The translations under genes and the position numbers were made by a program. A stretch of DNA of 62,161 nt, filler included, from Rhabdomonas costata (taxonomy: Eukaryota): the NCBI GenBank assembly GCA_019059605.1. It is 24 parts of 24 records of this genome, joined end to end, with 100 filler letters (N's around TTAATTAATTAA, not from the genome) between each part and the next. Parts side by side here need not be neighbours in the genome. Positions count along the whole stretch, not along the records: positions 23,361 to 25,855 come from JAHMHO010003150.1; positions 25,956 to 28,441 come from JAHMHO010003151.1; positions 28,542 to 31,036 come from JAHMHO010003152.1; positions 31,137 to 33,632 come from JAHMHO010003153.1; positions 33,733 to 36,228 come from JAHMHO010003154.1; positions 36,329 to 38,822 come from JAHMHO010003155.1; 18 more parts are not named here. The stretch is one strand, 5' to 3'. The notes under the pieces were generated by a model. It was not told the DNA's origin. It did not search any database and saw only the letters and a list, made by a program, of their open reading frames with translations. Within the stretch, counting starts at the first letter, position 1. The number at the start of each line of letters is the position of its first letter. Positions 24,545-36,874 of the stretch are shown one piece after another.

Positions 24545-24880
24545 GATTGGAGCGACGTTTTTGGGAACCCCTGCCCCCTTTTCAAGTGCATTTTGGGGAC
24601 CCGGACGAACCCGAGGTATTGATGCATTGATATTGATATTGAGGATGTGATTGCGCGATGGGGCTCCGCATTCCACCACACACACATGCATGTGGCGGCA
24701 CGTGCATTGCTCTCTAACCCCCGGCTAGATCATCTATTTCGCCCTTGGGGTTCCAATATCTTCCATCGTGCCGCGGGATAGCTCCCCAAGTCCGTAAAAA
24801 TGCACCGTAAATGATGGGGGGGTTCCCCAAAGTCCACCAGCGCCCCATTTTGTCCCCGACAATACTCTGTAGCAATGCAT
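24545..24880. mobile_element. Putative MITE with inverted ends resembling the Merlin subterminal repeats at 10884-11081
   Basis: Left TCAAGTGCATTTTGGGGACC vs TCAAGTGTATTTTGGGGACC (10944). Right GTCCGTAAAAATGCACCG...GGGGGGGTTCCCCAAA is approximately the reverse complement of TTTGGGGACCCCCCC...CGGTGTATTTT(G/A)CGGAC. Confidence 0.5.
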
Positions 24881-25142
24881 CGGTAGAGGTGTCACTTGCT
24901 GTCTACGGTTGAAAGTGTTCTCCGCACACGAGACCACATCAAGCACCTATATTCTTAGGCCAGGATTATTTTTTTTGCACTCTTTTTAGCTGGTGAAAGA
25001 CTGGAGATTTACCCAAAAATTCCCAACTCTTCGCAAAGCTCACTTACATGCCATGTTTTTCGTGTCACGCAAATTGGGGCTATATATGCGACAATAGACA
25101 ATTTTCAAGACTAGCGCCAAAATAAAATTGGGGTAAATTTAC

Positions 25143-25854
25143 GCACCAACAACCATCAGCCCAACAACCAGTAACATCACACACACGTATACAGTAAGAG
25201 TAAGAGTAACAACTACGGGTACAGAAGGAACAGGTACAGAAACAGCACAAAATGGGTAAGAGGTAACATCCACAGAAGCACACACACTGTCCATAGCACC
25301 AACACCACCCATGATTCCGTACACAACAACAGGAGACGTGAACACAAGCACCCAGAACAGAGACTCGGCATGGTTAACGGAACCTGACACACACAAAGCA
25401 CCACAACCCACGCTACGACAACCCACGCTACAACCCACACTACGACCACAGCCAACACCTCCTGACACAGACCCTGACACAGCAGCAACACCACTACCCA
25501 ACGAACGACTAACGGACCCCACACGCACACTCTCAGCACCACCACAAACAACGCTACTTACGACTCCACAACGCACACCAACAGAGCCTACCATGCACCC
25601 AACGCTACCATCGACAACATGACGCATACCACCAGTGACACCGATACCAACCAACGCAACGACTACCACCACCAACGCTACCACCAACACACCCAACGCA
25701 ACCAACATACCCATAGCACCAACCGTAACACCAAACCCTACGCCACCAACTACACCAACTACACCAACTACTACGCCTAGACCTACTACTACACCTACTA
25801 CACCTACACCTACAAGAAGAAGAAGAACACACGCGCACGTAAGGAATCCGAGGC
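25143..25854 (+). pseudogene. Thr/Pro-rich mucin-like frame interrupted by in-frame TAA and TGA
   Basis: One frame reads APTTISPTT...AQNG*EVTST...PTLPSTT*RIPPVTPIPTNATTTT...PTTPTPT. Confidence 0.4.
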
Positions 25855-25954
25855 ANNNNNNNNNNNNNNNNNNNNNNNNNNNNNNNNNNNNNNNNNNNNT
25901 TAATTAATTAANNNNNNNNNNNNNNNNNNNNNNNNNNNNNNNNNNNNNNNNNNN

Positions 25955-28441
25955 NGGGTTTTGTGGTTCACGAAACTATGCGCTATTTATACTCTACATC
26001 TTGCATCGCATTCCACTCTTTTTTCCAATCTTCACCTGGATCCATCACTCCGTACGTAAATATGAGCTTGAATGCCAAATCGCTTTATATATGTAGATAG
26101 TGGTGGTTGTGGAAACTTTCTTGTGTACACGTTGCTCGCAACTCCTCAAAACACTGTACATGTATGACTTAGACGTGGATTGATTCTTTGTACCTGAAAA
26201 TTTGTTACCGCAGACTGCGGCTGGAGTTTTTTCTCGGTAACGCCTTTATTCATCATTGAATGCTTTTTCAACGCGGTTTAGTTGTCGTGGATTCTCTGGA
26301 AAAACTCGGTGTGGATGTGATTGGTTTCGCCATTGCCACGTCACATGCTGCGGAGTATTTGCCGCTACTATCTCACCCTTTCATTACTTCAGATGTCTCA
26401 TGATATATTCAACTAATGGGATATGTGGATGTGGTTTGGTTACAGAGTGCACGTATTTCACCCATCTTTTTGTGTCGTGAAGATTAAAGCGACAATATAT
26501 GGCAATAATATTTTTAACCAGAACATCATTCAGCAAAGACTATAATTGAACATCCACATCAAAACTTCCATCACATATGTCAACCAGGCAGTATATTTCA
26601 GTATTGTTGGAACTGAACTAATAGCATTAATCTCTGCACTTATGAGGGCACAATGTCTCACTTATTAATCTTCTGTAACGCTGCAAACATCTCAACTCTC
26701 CGCGTTTTTACAATACACACCAATTTTGACTTCATTAATTTCTGTATTTCCTTTGTACTTGGTTGAATTCTTTACCACCTTTTGAAATACAGCATTCAAA
26801 TTTGAATAACTACTTTACAAATTTTTTCACCTCTGTAGCTATATGCACGGATCACTCAATGAACTTTTCATAACCGTTATATCTTTGGGTTCGGACAAAC
26901 TTCAGAGCATGTTACTGTTAATTAAGGTTGTTGCTACACCATCAACTATGGACTTGTCAACACTTATGTACTTTAACACTCACTCAAGTCTATGAAACGG
27001 AACTAGAATACACTCCGTAGCTTGGTCGCGGATCTTCACAAAAACAACGCACGCTGTGGAATCTCACACAACAAACGCTGTTGAGCTTCAACACCACGTG
27101 AATCTAATCTTTTACGGCTTCTCATGGTGATAGGCTCGCTAATGGCTGTGCATTTGGAACAACACGGTGGTATTTCTGTATAAGTTGAAAGAGTAAAAAC
27201 CCATTCTACCCATCTTCTTCTTACTTCTTCACGTTTTTCTTAGCTCAGGAAACTTAAAACAAAGTCAAAAACCACAGGACAAATAAAAAAGTCTCGTCTA
27301 CTTCCAAGCTCACAAAACACTCAACTCCACATATCCACTTCTGAATAACCCACTATAACCTCCTGTGTTAAAATTTACTGACTTCACTTCATCCATATTT
27401 TTTTACAACCACACAGGAAAACACTATATTTACTGTGGATCCGAGACACAATTTCACATTCCATTTTTTAGAGTGGTGGTTACTCTCGAGGTTCCACTCA
27501 AAACAAGAGAGCAAAATGGGACGTCGTCAGTCACAAGAAACCGAAAAACTGATTGCACTCAGTAAAAAACACTACATTTCCTGTGGATCCTAGAAAAACG
27601 TTCCCATTCCATCTCTGGAATATGATTTTCAGCTCTTTCACAAAATGACACAATGGGCTTCAAGTAACTCTGATGTCCCCAAAAGCATTCGATATTTTTC
27701 CACAAATGCCTAAGCCAAAGCATTCGAAATTATTATTCTCTATGGTGTGTTAGCGTAAAGGCGCACATCTTGGCTCCATTTGTAAGCAAGCTCATTGCAG
27801 CCAATTGTCACCCCATCAATATTGTATACTGAAAATTACCTCGGCAGCTAATGGTACAATTCAGAGTGGTACAGTTCAGATTGGTACAGTTCAAAATCGT
27901 AGGTAACGTCACTACATCTACCTTTGGCGCAAAATATTGACGCACATTAGTTCCTGCAATGTTGAGTAACATTGCATCTCCACACATATCATCTGGAGAG
28001 TTCTTCTCATGTAAATAATACTCAAAGTTGACTCAAGGAGTGTCAATAGACCACTCTGATGGCCACTATTAACAAAATGCACTGAAATTATGTCCACATT
28101 ATCCTACAACGGCAGGTGTTCTACCCAAGCTCCGGCTTCGAAAGTAACTTCAACAGCTTGCATCTCCATACAGAACGTACGCCATGTTTAAGTACTTTTT
28201 CTTCCGCAATTTGTTTGTAGTCATGCCATTCTGCTTCTGACACATCCACACTTAATTCCTAATTGCACTAGACTGCTACGTTTATGCATCTACAACCTCT
28301 TTATCTTCTGGAAGCTCTTCGTCATCAAACACTTTTTCTTAAGCTTGAAGGTTGCAGATTGTATTACTCTAGTATGGCAGCAACATCCAACGTTCTGGGA
28401 TCAGATGTCATATTTCACACTGATAACTCTGCACCAACCCC
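25955..28441 (-). other. AT-rich, intron-less, decayed ORF-like region (possible viral or large-TE relic)
   Basis: Composition differs from the host gene contigs. Minus-strand frames read as protein-like text broken by isolated stops. Confidence 0.4.
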
Positions 28442-28541
28442 NNNNNNNNNNNNNNNNNNNNNNNNNNNNNNNNNNNNNNNNNNNNTTAATTAATTAANNN
28501 NNNNNNNNNNNNNNNNNNNNNNNNNNNNNNNNNNNNNNNNN

Positions 28542-28767
28542 GCCGGGCATGCTGCCCACGGCCGGGGGCCCAGCGGAGGCGGGCAAGGCGGGGATTAGAG
28601 ATGATGGGGAAGGTGCGTTGGCTACTCCATTGCCTGTACTGGCGGCGGTGGTGCAGCACCGCCTGGCCCAGCTGCAGAAAGAGCAGGCGGCGTTGACGGA
28701 GCTGCTAAGCCAGATTCTTGCCCACAAGTCTAGCATTGAGGGATCCGGTTCAGAGCCAAAACGCTGA
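28542..28767 (+). CDS. 3' end of a hypothetical coiled-coil protein
   Basis: AAVVQHRLAQLQKEQAALTELLSQIL...PKR*, GC-rich coding-like block at the contig start. Confidence 0.5.
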
Positions 28768-31240
28768 GCTGCAAGCTGCAAGGTTGGTGCAGTGCTCTGT
28801 CAGCTGTCTATCTTTTCATACAGGTCTATGCATGTGTGCAGATGTGTGGGTGGGTTTTTGCGATTTTTTGGCGGGGAGGTTCATAGGGTTACAGTAAACG
28901 CTGCTCGGGTTACGTTTAAAAAGAGGTAGAGGTACGAGCCTGAGGAAGAATGGACCGCCCACACAGCGGTTTTTGCGGCCCACTGTTCATCTGTTGATGG
29001 GAAGGACCCCGCGTCTGCTGCGGCTTTTCCCTCGCAAGTTGATGTCCACTAAGCGCTGCTGTTTAATGGATGGCTTTGGGCCTTTTCTGGGATTGTACCA
29101 GTGTTGACATCCGTGCGTAGAGCTTTGGATGCGGGAATATCCCGGCTGGACTCACCCACGTTTCCACCCCAAAGCTGTGTGCGGCAAACCGGACTTCGAC
29201 TCTTTTTCCCTGCTTGTCCCAAAAACTTTCGATTGTTAAAAAAATAGAATAGCTTCGCTTGTTGTCTTTATGTCGAATGGGGTTGCTCGAAAGTGCCTAT
29301 GCCCCCCCCTCAATGTCCTGCCCTGTTTTGCTCCTTCCCTTATCCTTCAAATCCCCAAATACAGATGGCAGCGGATGCGCGCACTGGGATTTAGGGTCAC
29401 CGTGAGCGACAGGATGAGAAAGAGAATGACCGCGCTCGCGTTTCAAAATCCTCCTCTTCTGGGGGTTTGTCATGTGAATGTGGTGGCTTCGGCTGAACAG
29501 GATCCCACTACAACCACGCTTTGCAGCACCCTTCGGAATCTGCGGGCACGGATTGTCAGACGCTTGCCCGTTCGCTTGCCTTAGGTACAAACCTAATTGG
29601 AATCGCAATGCTGCCGAGGGTGACGTCCCTCCCGCGTCGCTTCTAGGCATTGGAAAGGAGTTTTCCCCGTCGTCCCGGAGCGTGCCTCCTCTCCCGCTCT
29701 AAGTAACAAGCCAACATTTTCAGCCAATGTTGCCCTCCTTGATCACCATCACAGATTCGCACACCGTGTAGCGTGTGGTCTGCCCTGTGCTGGACTCCTT
29801 TACTTCTCGTTGTTTATGATGCGTGCGTCCTGAAGGTCGTGCTTTGAGTTCCTCCTATGCCCTCGTTCTAAGATGTGGAACAGAAATGGAACTCCGCTTT
29901 TCTTCTCTCTCCCCCGTTCCATGTGGTGCTTCTCGCACTCCGAAGCTCTCTCTCTCTCTTGTGCGAGTTGATTTATCTACTTTTCACGTGCTTTCTGACT
30001 TTTTTCTTTCCCCCTTTTTCGTTTCTCACTGGGAGATTTTGGTCATATTTTGCTTAGTGTGCTCTTGTGCCCACTTTGGTGTGCACGCCAAGATGTGATT
30101 GGCCTTTCCTCCAACATGGCATACAGCAGCCTTTTTCTTATTCTCTCTTTGCAACCATCATTCCTCTTCATTCCCGTTGGTCCCCTTTACCATACAGTGC
30201 CCTGCAAACTACTCCCTTTCCATCTTTTGTCTTCATTCCTCCTTCCCCATTTCCGACAGTTCCCTGCCATGTCATGCCTGCCGCGGTGATTCTCTCCTGT
30301 TCTCGTTCTTTGGTGGAAAGTTTGCGGAATTCCCCCCCCTCACACCCACACCACCTCAACGTCCATCCTTTCAATTGCCTGTGATGGACTACCGAATCCA
30401 ATCCATGCGGTAGTCATGTGAGTACACATGCTCAGGGAATCGTGCTCTCTGCCCCATGTGCAGGCAATGCGTTGCGCGTAACAGATTGATGTGTTTCTTT
30501 TAATAAGCTTTGGAACCCAAGAACGCTTGAGCCGGAGCGGAAGACCCTTCTGGTCGGCAGGTCCAGCTCGCGCTGCTTACCCCGTTGATATCTAGTCTTT
30601 TGTGCCTTTTCGCACCACATGGCTTGCATGGAAGAAATGGTTGGAGTTGTGTGTTGGTATTTTCGCAGGGACGAGGCCCCAAGCGCCGTGGCACGCTGTG
30701 GTCCACTCCGAAACTTCCTGGGTGTGTATGTGTGTGTTTTCCCATCTGTTGAGACTGCGCCACCACCGTTCCGAAGTTCCGGCGTCGCGAAATTGTGCCA
30801 AGCAGACCCGATTGTTGACTTTTCGGCTGTAATTTCCGCTGGAATTTTTGGGGCTCTGGATTTCTGTTGTGTTGGCATTTTTGCTGCCTGCCTGTCGTGG
30901 GTAAAGTACAACACCCTCGCACTGACCATTCAGGCATGAGCCAGGCTTGTATTTGTCTCATTCCATTGCACCCCACCCAAAGCACTTGCTCGAAATGAGA
31001 CTTGCATGCACACATCCGTGCATACCCACACACCCANNNNNNNNNNNNNNNNNNNNNNNNNNNNNNNNNNNNNNNNNNNNTTAATTAATTAANNNNNNNN
31101 NNNNNNNNNNNNNNNNNNNNNNNNNNNNNNNNNNNNGTTGATGGGTGTCAGGTTGAGTGCAGCCGTTAAGTTAGGACATTTAGGGGCATCGTCGCCAATG
31201 AAGCCCGCAGCTCAGGTCGAATTTTCCTCCTCCTTTACAG

Positions 31241-33357
31241 GGTTGTTCTGGTACGGGACACAACAGTTGCCGACACAGCGTCGAGTACGGTTGGATGAAC
31301 GTTGTGCTGAACATGCCTCTGCCGCTTTTTATTTTTATTTTTTGCTTTGCATACCTTCTCATCTACACTTTTCCACGTTGCGTCCTGGCGGGCCCAGGGT
31401 TTGCTTTAAACCCTCTTGCCTCATTTTCCATTTGCCTGCGACCAAGGCAAGAAACGGGGAGAAGTTTCCCAGTCATTCCCAAACACACAAGGATTCCGCT
31501 GGTCCACTTGCCATTTGCCAGGGGCGTTTGTCTTCCACCGATGGGAGGAGATCTTCGACCTGCGCCCACTGGAGGCCTTTCTGGGCGCTTCCAGCGGGGG
31601 CGGCGGTGGAGGAGGCTTTGCCCTGCTGGACATCGCAGGGTCCTCGGGGTTTCCCCAGGACTGGGTGGTCTTCGAGAGGTCCGCGCCTGCTGACCGCCAC
31701 AGAGCAGTGCTCTCGGAGGTGCGTGGCTGGCGCGGCGGACGTTGAGGGACCGTTACCAGTCCTACAATGCATTACAGAAGCCGTATAAAGGCCCCCAGAT
31801 CACGTTCCGGCCCCCGCCCCGTCCCTGGCCTTCGCCCCTAAACTATTGCGGGCTTATTCGTCCGCCCAGCCAGGGGCTAAGCCTTTGCCAGCACATTGTT
31901 CATATTCCATATTTCATAAGCAAACCAAGAATATTCATATAGGGGACTCTGGCACTTGCACGTGCTATTGTATTCCGTAGTTTGGGACTTTCGAGGCGTT
32001 TTGAACCCAAAAAAACCAGTGGGTCCCTCTTGGGAGGGTGGGGCCCTGCCACAGCACAGCTATCCCCCTTTGGAATAGAGACAAACTGAACTGGCAAATC
32101 CTCTTTCTTCCAGAACTTTCTGGTACTCCTTGCCCGAGGGCTCTTTTTGACCCGAATGCCAAGTCCTCCCTCTGAAATTCCCTTTGAACCATGCACCATG
32201 CACCATGACCTTCCCCTGCTCGCTTGCGGCTCGCAAGGCTTCGAAAGGCCCCCAGAAAGAGTCTACTTTGATTCAATCCACCAAAATGCTCAAAAGTAGC
32301 CAAAATTAGTTTTAAAAAGTGCCAAAATAGCATGCGGGCTAAATTTGCTCATAAAACAGCATGTGGTGTCAATTTCGTCCCCTATCCCCCTCCCCCGAAA
32401 AGTCAATGCTGAGATATGTCCAAGATAATGTATGTGCGCCGTTTTTTTCCCAGCATTGACCCACGAGGGGAAGAGGGTACAACGAGGCAGAATTTTTTTT
32501 TGCCTTGTTAGAATCCTTTTTTTGTGTTCACAAAGAGAAGTTGTGTGCATTGTTACATTTTACTGGGACACCCTGCACATGTCGCTGGCAGAACTTCTCA
32601 ACCCATTGCCAAGAATGTCACGGAGTTTCTTGTTTGACCCTGGAACGTAATACAGGATCTCCCAACCTCCACCACAGCTGCCCTCTCCGACCCCCTGGCG
32701 CTGCCCGACCATCGAAGCTCAAGTGGACAATGAAAAGAAGGGAGCTGGCTGCTTAAGTCTAGCATAGACCCTGTTCCCTCACACTAGTCTTCCTCCCGAA
32801 TCCCACAGCGCGCACATCCCCAATCCCAACTCTTCAGCTCTTCAGCTCCTGTACTACACCTTACCTCGCCCCCGCCACTGCCAACCTCCTTCACTTCCCA
32901 ATGCTATCTTAGCACGTGCGCATCCCATCCAATTCCCTCCATTTTTTGTCTGCCTGCCTCATCTTTCTGTTGAGCGGCGGTTTCATGTGGAGGACCTTTG
33001 ACGCTGTTTGGGTATACTGTAGCACAGGACTCATGCCAAAAGCTGTCTTTGATAGGCATCTTTGGGATGAGTTTGGGCAGGCTTCCTGGGGGAGTGCCCA
33101 CATGTCCACAGGCGGCCCAACGGCGCTGCCACGTAGTGGAGCACTTCTTCTGCCTGACTCAGCTGAAATTCGTGCGGAAGCGGGGTGGTATGGGCAAGGC
33201 CGCGCAGTGCCAGCTGTCTACGAAGGCCTGCGTGGACTGCGCGTTCGCGGCTTGGCGCCATCACGCCCCCCGCGCTGCAGAGGGCTCCTCCACTCCAGGT
33301 TACACCGTAGCCGACGGGCCGGAGCTTGTGCAGGAGATCCTGCGGTCCACGAGGCAG
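31241..33357 (+). CDS. Hypothetical protein, internal exons 31241-31284, 31522-31718, 33112-33357
   Basis: Phase-compatible GT-AG junctions: VVLVRDTTVADTAS|RAFVFHRWEEIFDLRPLEAFL...VLSE|AAQRRCHVVEHFFCLTQ...STRQ. Confidence 0.55.
32340..32525 (+). repeat. Dispersed repeat, copy 2 (homologous to 2650-2830), intronic
   Basis: Same colinear blocks as copy 1. Confidence 0.75.
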
Positions 33358-34133
33358 GTGGCTTTGCGATGGGTCGTCTCTCGCCCTCTTTTGAACACAC
33401 CCCATACACCAATGGACACTGTTTCGGAAAGAGCTGCTGCTGTTGGGCGCCCGGGATTTCTTATTCAGTTTGTTGTCGGCATTACAAGTGCATTGTGTGT
33501 GGGGTATCTGCTCACGTTTCATTTCCCAGGTCATCTCTTTTTTTACTCCTCCCTATTCCGATCGTTCGCCCACCCAGGAAATGCATGCCAAGGTTTCCAA
33601 CAGCCGTGGCTTCACAGGGGAGCAAAAACCCCNNNNNNNNNNNNNNNNNNNNNNNNNNNNNNNNNNNNNNNNNNNNTTAATTAATTAANNNNNNNNNNNN
33701 NNNNNNNNNNNNNNNNNNNNNNNNNNNNNNNNGGGGTGTGGGGGGCATAAAACATCTCACCATTGGGAATTTTGAGAATCATCGGTTTTTCACGAAACCC
33801 CAGTTAACTCCATACCCAAAGGGACGTTCTGAGATGCGACACTTGCGACACTTGGGCAGCAGTGCTGATCGTTCGAGAGAATTAGCAAGATGTAAGCGCA
33901 GAGGCGGAGTGTGGTGCACCGCGCAAAGAAGTGAACGAAAGAAGGGCTGTGCGAGGACTGGCAACAGGGATTTGAGACGTGGGTAACCCCCAACAGTGGA
34001 ATCGGGGGAGGGGATGGTGACGGTTTGGGTAACGTGGCGTTGGCAGCCCTTCTCCCATCCTTATTTCTGCTCTTCTCCGTCTTCCAGCTCCTCCCTTCCG
34101 TCTTCCCTGTCGTCTTTCCTCTGTTCCCTGGAA

Positions 34134-34385
34134 ATGCCTCGGATGCTGTGGGTGCTTCTTTTGGTGCTTTTGGTAGTCCCGGCGGCCGGGGGCCCCTTGG
34201 CTTACGGGGCGTGCCAGGCTAGCTGCGCCGCGGTGTGGGTGGCATGCTACGCCGCCGCAGGGCTGGTAGCGGGCACGGTCACTGCGGGAGTGGGGGCCCC
34301 TGCCGCGGCGCTGGGGTGCAACGCCGCTCTGGGCGTGTGCACCTCCACCCTGTGCGCGCCGCTGCTGCTCGCCCCAACACTCTAA
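34134..34385 (+). CDS. Small secreted Cys-rich protein, zygote-specific ZYS1-like family (complete, intronless, 83 aa)
   Basis: Signal peptide, then GPLAYGACQASCAAVWVACYAAAGLVAGTVTAGVGAPAAALGCNAALGVC...APT. Confidence 0.85.
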   Translation: MPRMLWVLLLVLLVVPAAGGPLAYGACQASCAAVWVACYAAAGLVAGTVTAGVGAPAAALGCNAALGVCTSTLCAPLLLAPTL

Positions 34386-36874
34386 GGGGGACCCGTGTGA
34401 AAACAAGAAGCGGGGTAGGAAATGGGGATACTTTCCACAACCCTTCACAGCGATCATCATTATTTCGATCAGTGCACTTGTCGTTTTCCGATGATTAATA
34501 GGGCAGCCGTGTGACTTTTTTGGCGGGACCTTATTTTTAGTGCGGGGTGGGCTCTGAAATCGTGGAATATGGACTTGCGTATGCGTCTGTATTGTGGGGG
34601 AGCACGTGGTAATCGGTTAAAGGTTAACGCCTGGCGCTTGCCACAACCCTCCCTCCATTATACACAGGTACGGACGCATACTACTTCGGAAAGTTCCAAA
34701 TATCGGCCGAAAGTGTTATCGGAGCCGGAATATTTCAGTTTACTCTTACCGAGGCACTGATCGAAAGCTTGTGAGCAGGAACAGGAGGGCGAAAATAAGC
34801 AAGGTTAAAACATAGCGACTGTGCGGGTAATTTTTGGACTTTGTCAAGCCGTTTTCATGGAGCCAATGAGTGGGTGGTCCCGGGAGTTCTTTTGTGGGTG
34901 TGCGAAAAGCTCGTTCGCTTCGTTTCACAGCAAGAGGTCGGCGAGGGAGTGGGGCTTGCTTGGCTTCCTTTGGTCTGGCTCTGGTCTGGGGAGTAAGTGG
35001 GTACTTGCCTCGGTTTCACTTTGTGGGGCTTTGAGCGGTGCCTTCTCTTCTTCTCGTTCTCCGAGCTCACTGGTTCGTGCTGGTCTTTTCTTCTGTGCAT
35101 TTCTGCGCACGCCCCTGGGAGGAAAGAACAGGCAAATGCCTTGGCTTTTCCGTGAGGATGGGCAACTGTCATCGCGGATATCTCTTTGGAAAACCCACCA
35201 TTCAGCAATGTTTCCTGTCTTTCGTGGCCATTGAGTCCCATTAAAGAATGCCTAAGGTGAACAGGTCCTAAGTGTATAACGAAGGTCGTTAGCCCTCCCT
35301 TTTTTCTAGTGTACCTGTCTTCGAGGTGAGGAAGGCGTCAGCTTCGTTGAGTCAAACGAGTGCTTTACAACTTGTAGCCGTGCAAACACGAAGCTTAGCT
35401 GATGGCAAAAAAACCTCTGCTTGTGTTGAAACTCCTTATACATGATGAAAACTGCCAGCGTCCTCATAGCAAGTTGTCCCGCCGAAGGCAGGCCTCGCGC
35501 TCTCTTCTCCGTGCACTGCGACTGATGCAGGACGTCTAAAGTGACGACCTGGGATAAGGGGGGAGCGTGTCTGCCCTCAAAGGAACCCAAACCCCTCCAC
35601 GGTCAGTGCGGGTTTTGAATTGCTGCCTCGACCGGGGTGAAGCGAAACTCCTCTGAAAATGATTTCGAAGTCTTGGTAGTCCACATAAGTGTCCTTGTAT
35701 GGGGTCATTATTTGCAGTGAACCTGGAAAGTTTTATGTGTGGTGAACGTAAACAGCAGTTAAAAATGGAGTGCCACGAAGAGGGTAAGTAAAGGTGGGGC
35801 TTCAACCTCAGTCATGTGTTGTGGCGCAGTTTTGAGTTTGTGTGTGTGTGTGTGTGTGTGCCGAAAGTCTTGATCTTTAATGTTGATTCTGAAGAATGCT
35901 GAGGGCGATTTCAATGCAAAGCCACTGGGCCTCAAACATTGGGGAAACCGGAAACAACAGAAAACTTCGGAAAGCCACCAGAAACAGGATGTATCAGTGA
36001 GTGATTGTACGTAGTCACCTCAAGCGGGTCAGTCCTTCCATAGGTAAAAGCAATGTTCTAAGGTTGTATCTGCGTCGCATTTCTTCCGTTCCTTTGCTGT
36101 CCAACCGCACCTTTGCTGTCCAACCGCACAGTGCGGATGATTGGAGGTTTAAAGTTTCTCGTTTTGTGAAGTATTAAATCTAAAAAACATCTGAAGACCT
36201 GCAGCAGGTTCGATCGCACCACCACCACNNNNNNNNNNNNNNNNNNNNNNNNNNNNNNNNNNNNNNNNNNNNTTAATTAATTAANNNNNNNNNNNNNNNN
36301 NNNNNNNNNNNNNNNNNNNNNNNNNNNNGGTGTTCCTTTGCCCCCATTCTGGGCTTCTTGCACTTGAGCTTATTATATTATATATGGTGTCCTGCGCTAA
36401 AAGAAGGTCGTTCGCATTGCCATTGAGGCGAACTGCGACGCTTGGGCCTCAGCATGAACTTTTTTAGCTGACTGTGGCTGTAAATTTCGCAAACCCTGCC
36501 TCGTCCAAATTGTTGGTTTTATGGTCTTCCTTGTCCCAAGTCAAGTCCCTTTTTAGCTGACTGTGTGGTCGAAACACGCGAAACTCCCTTAACGCGACTT
36601 AACGCGTAGCCTGTTTGCAAGGGTCCAGAAATTTCTATGTTAAATGTACGGGGCACTTGCTGGATGGCTGTTTTAGAGAATACCAGGACTGGAAATGAGG
36701 TAAATATAGTTTAGGAATTTAGTATAGTTCGTCTTGCGACGTTGAGTAACTGACTTTTTTCCTGAGGAAAGTTGTGAGAAAGTTATTCCGTGCAGTTCAA
36801 GGCAAGAAACCGAATGGTGGTGTCCCTCTTCCCCGGTCGCAGATTTTATTTTATTTAGTAATTTTTTCCCACTG

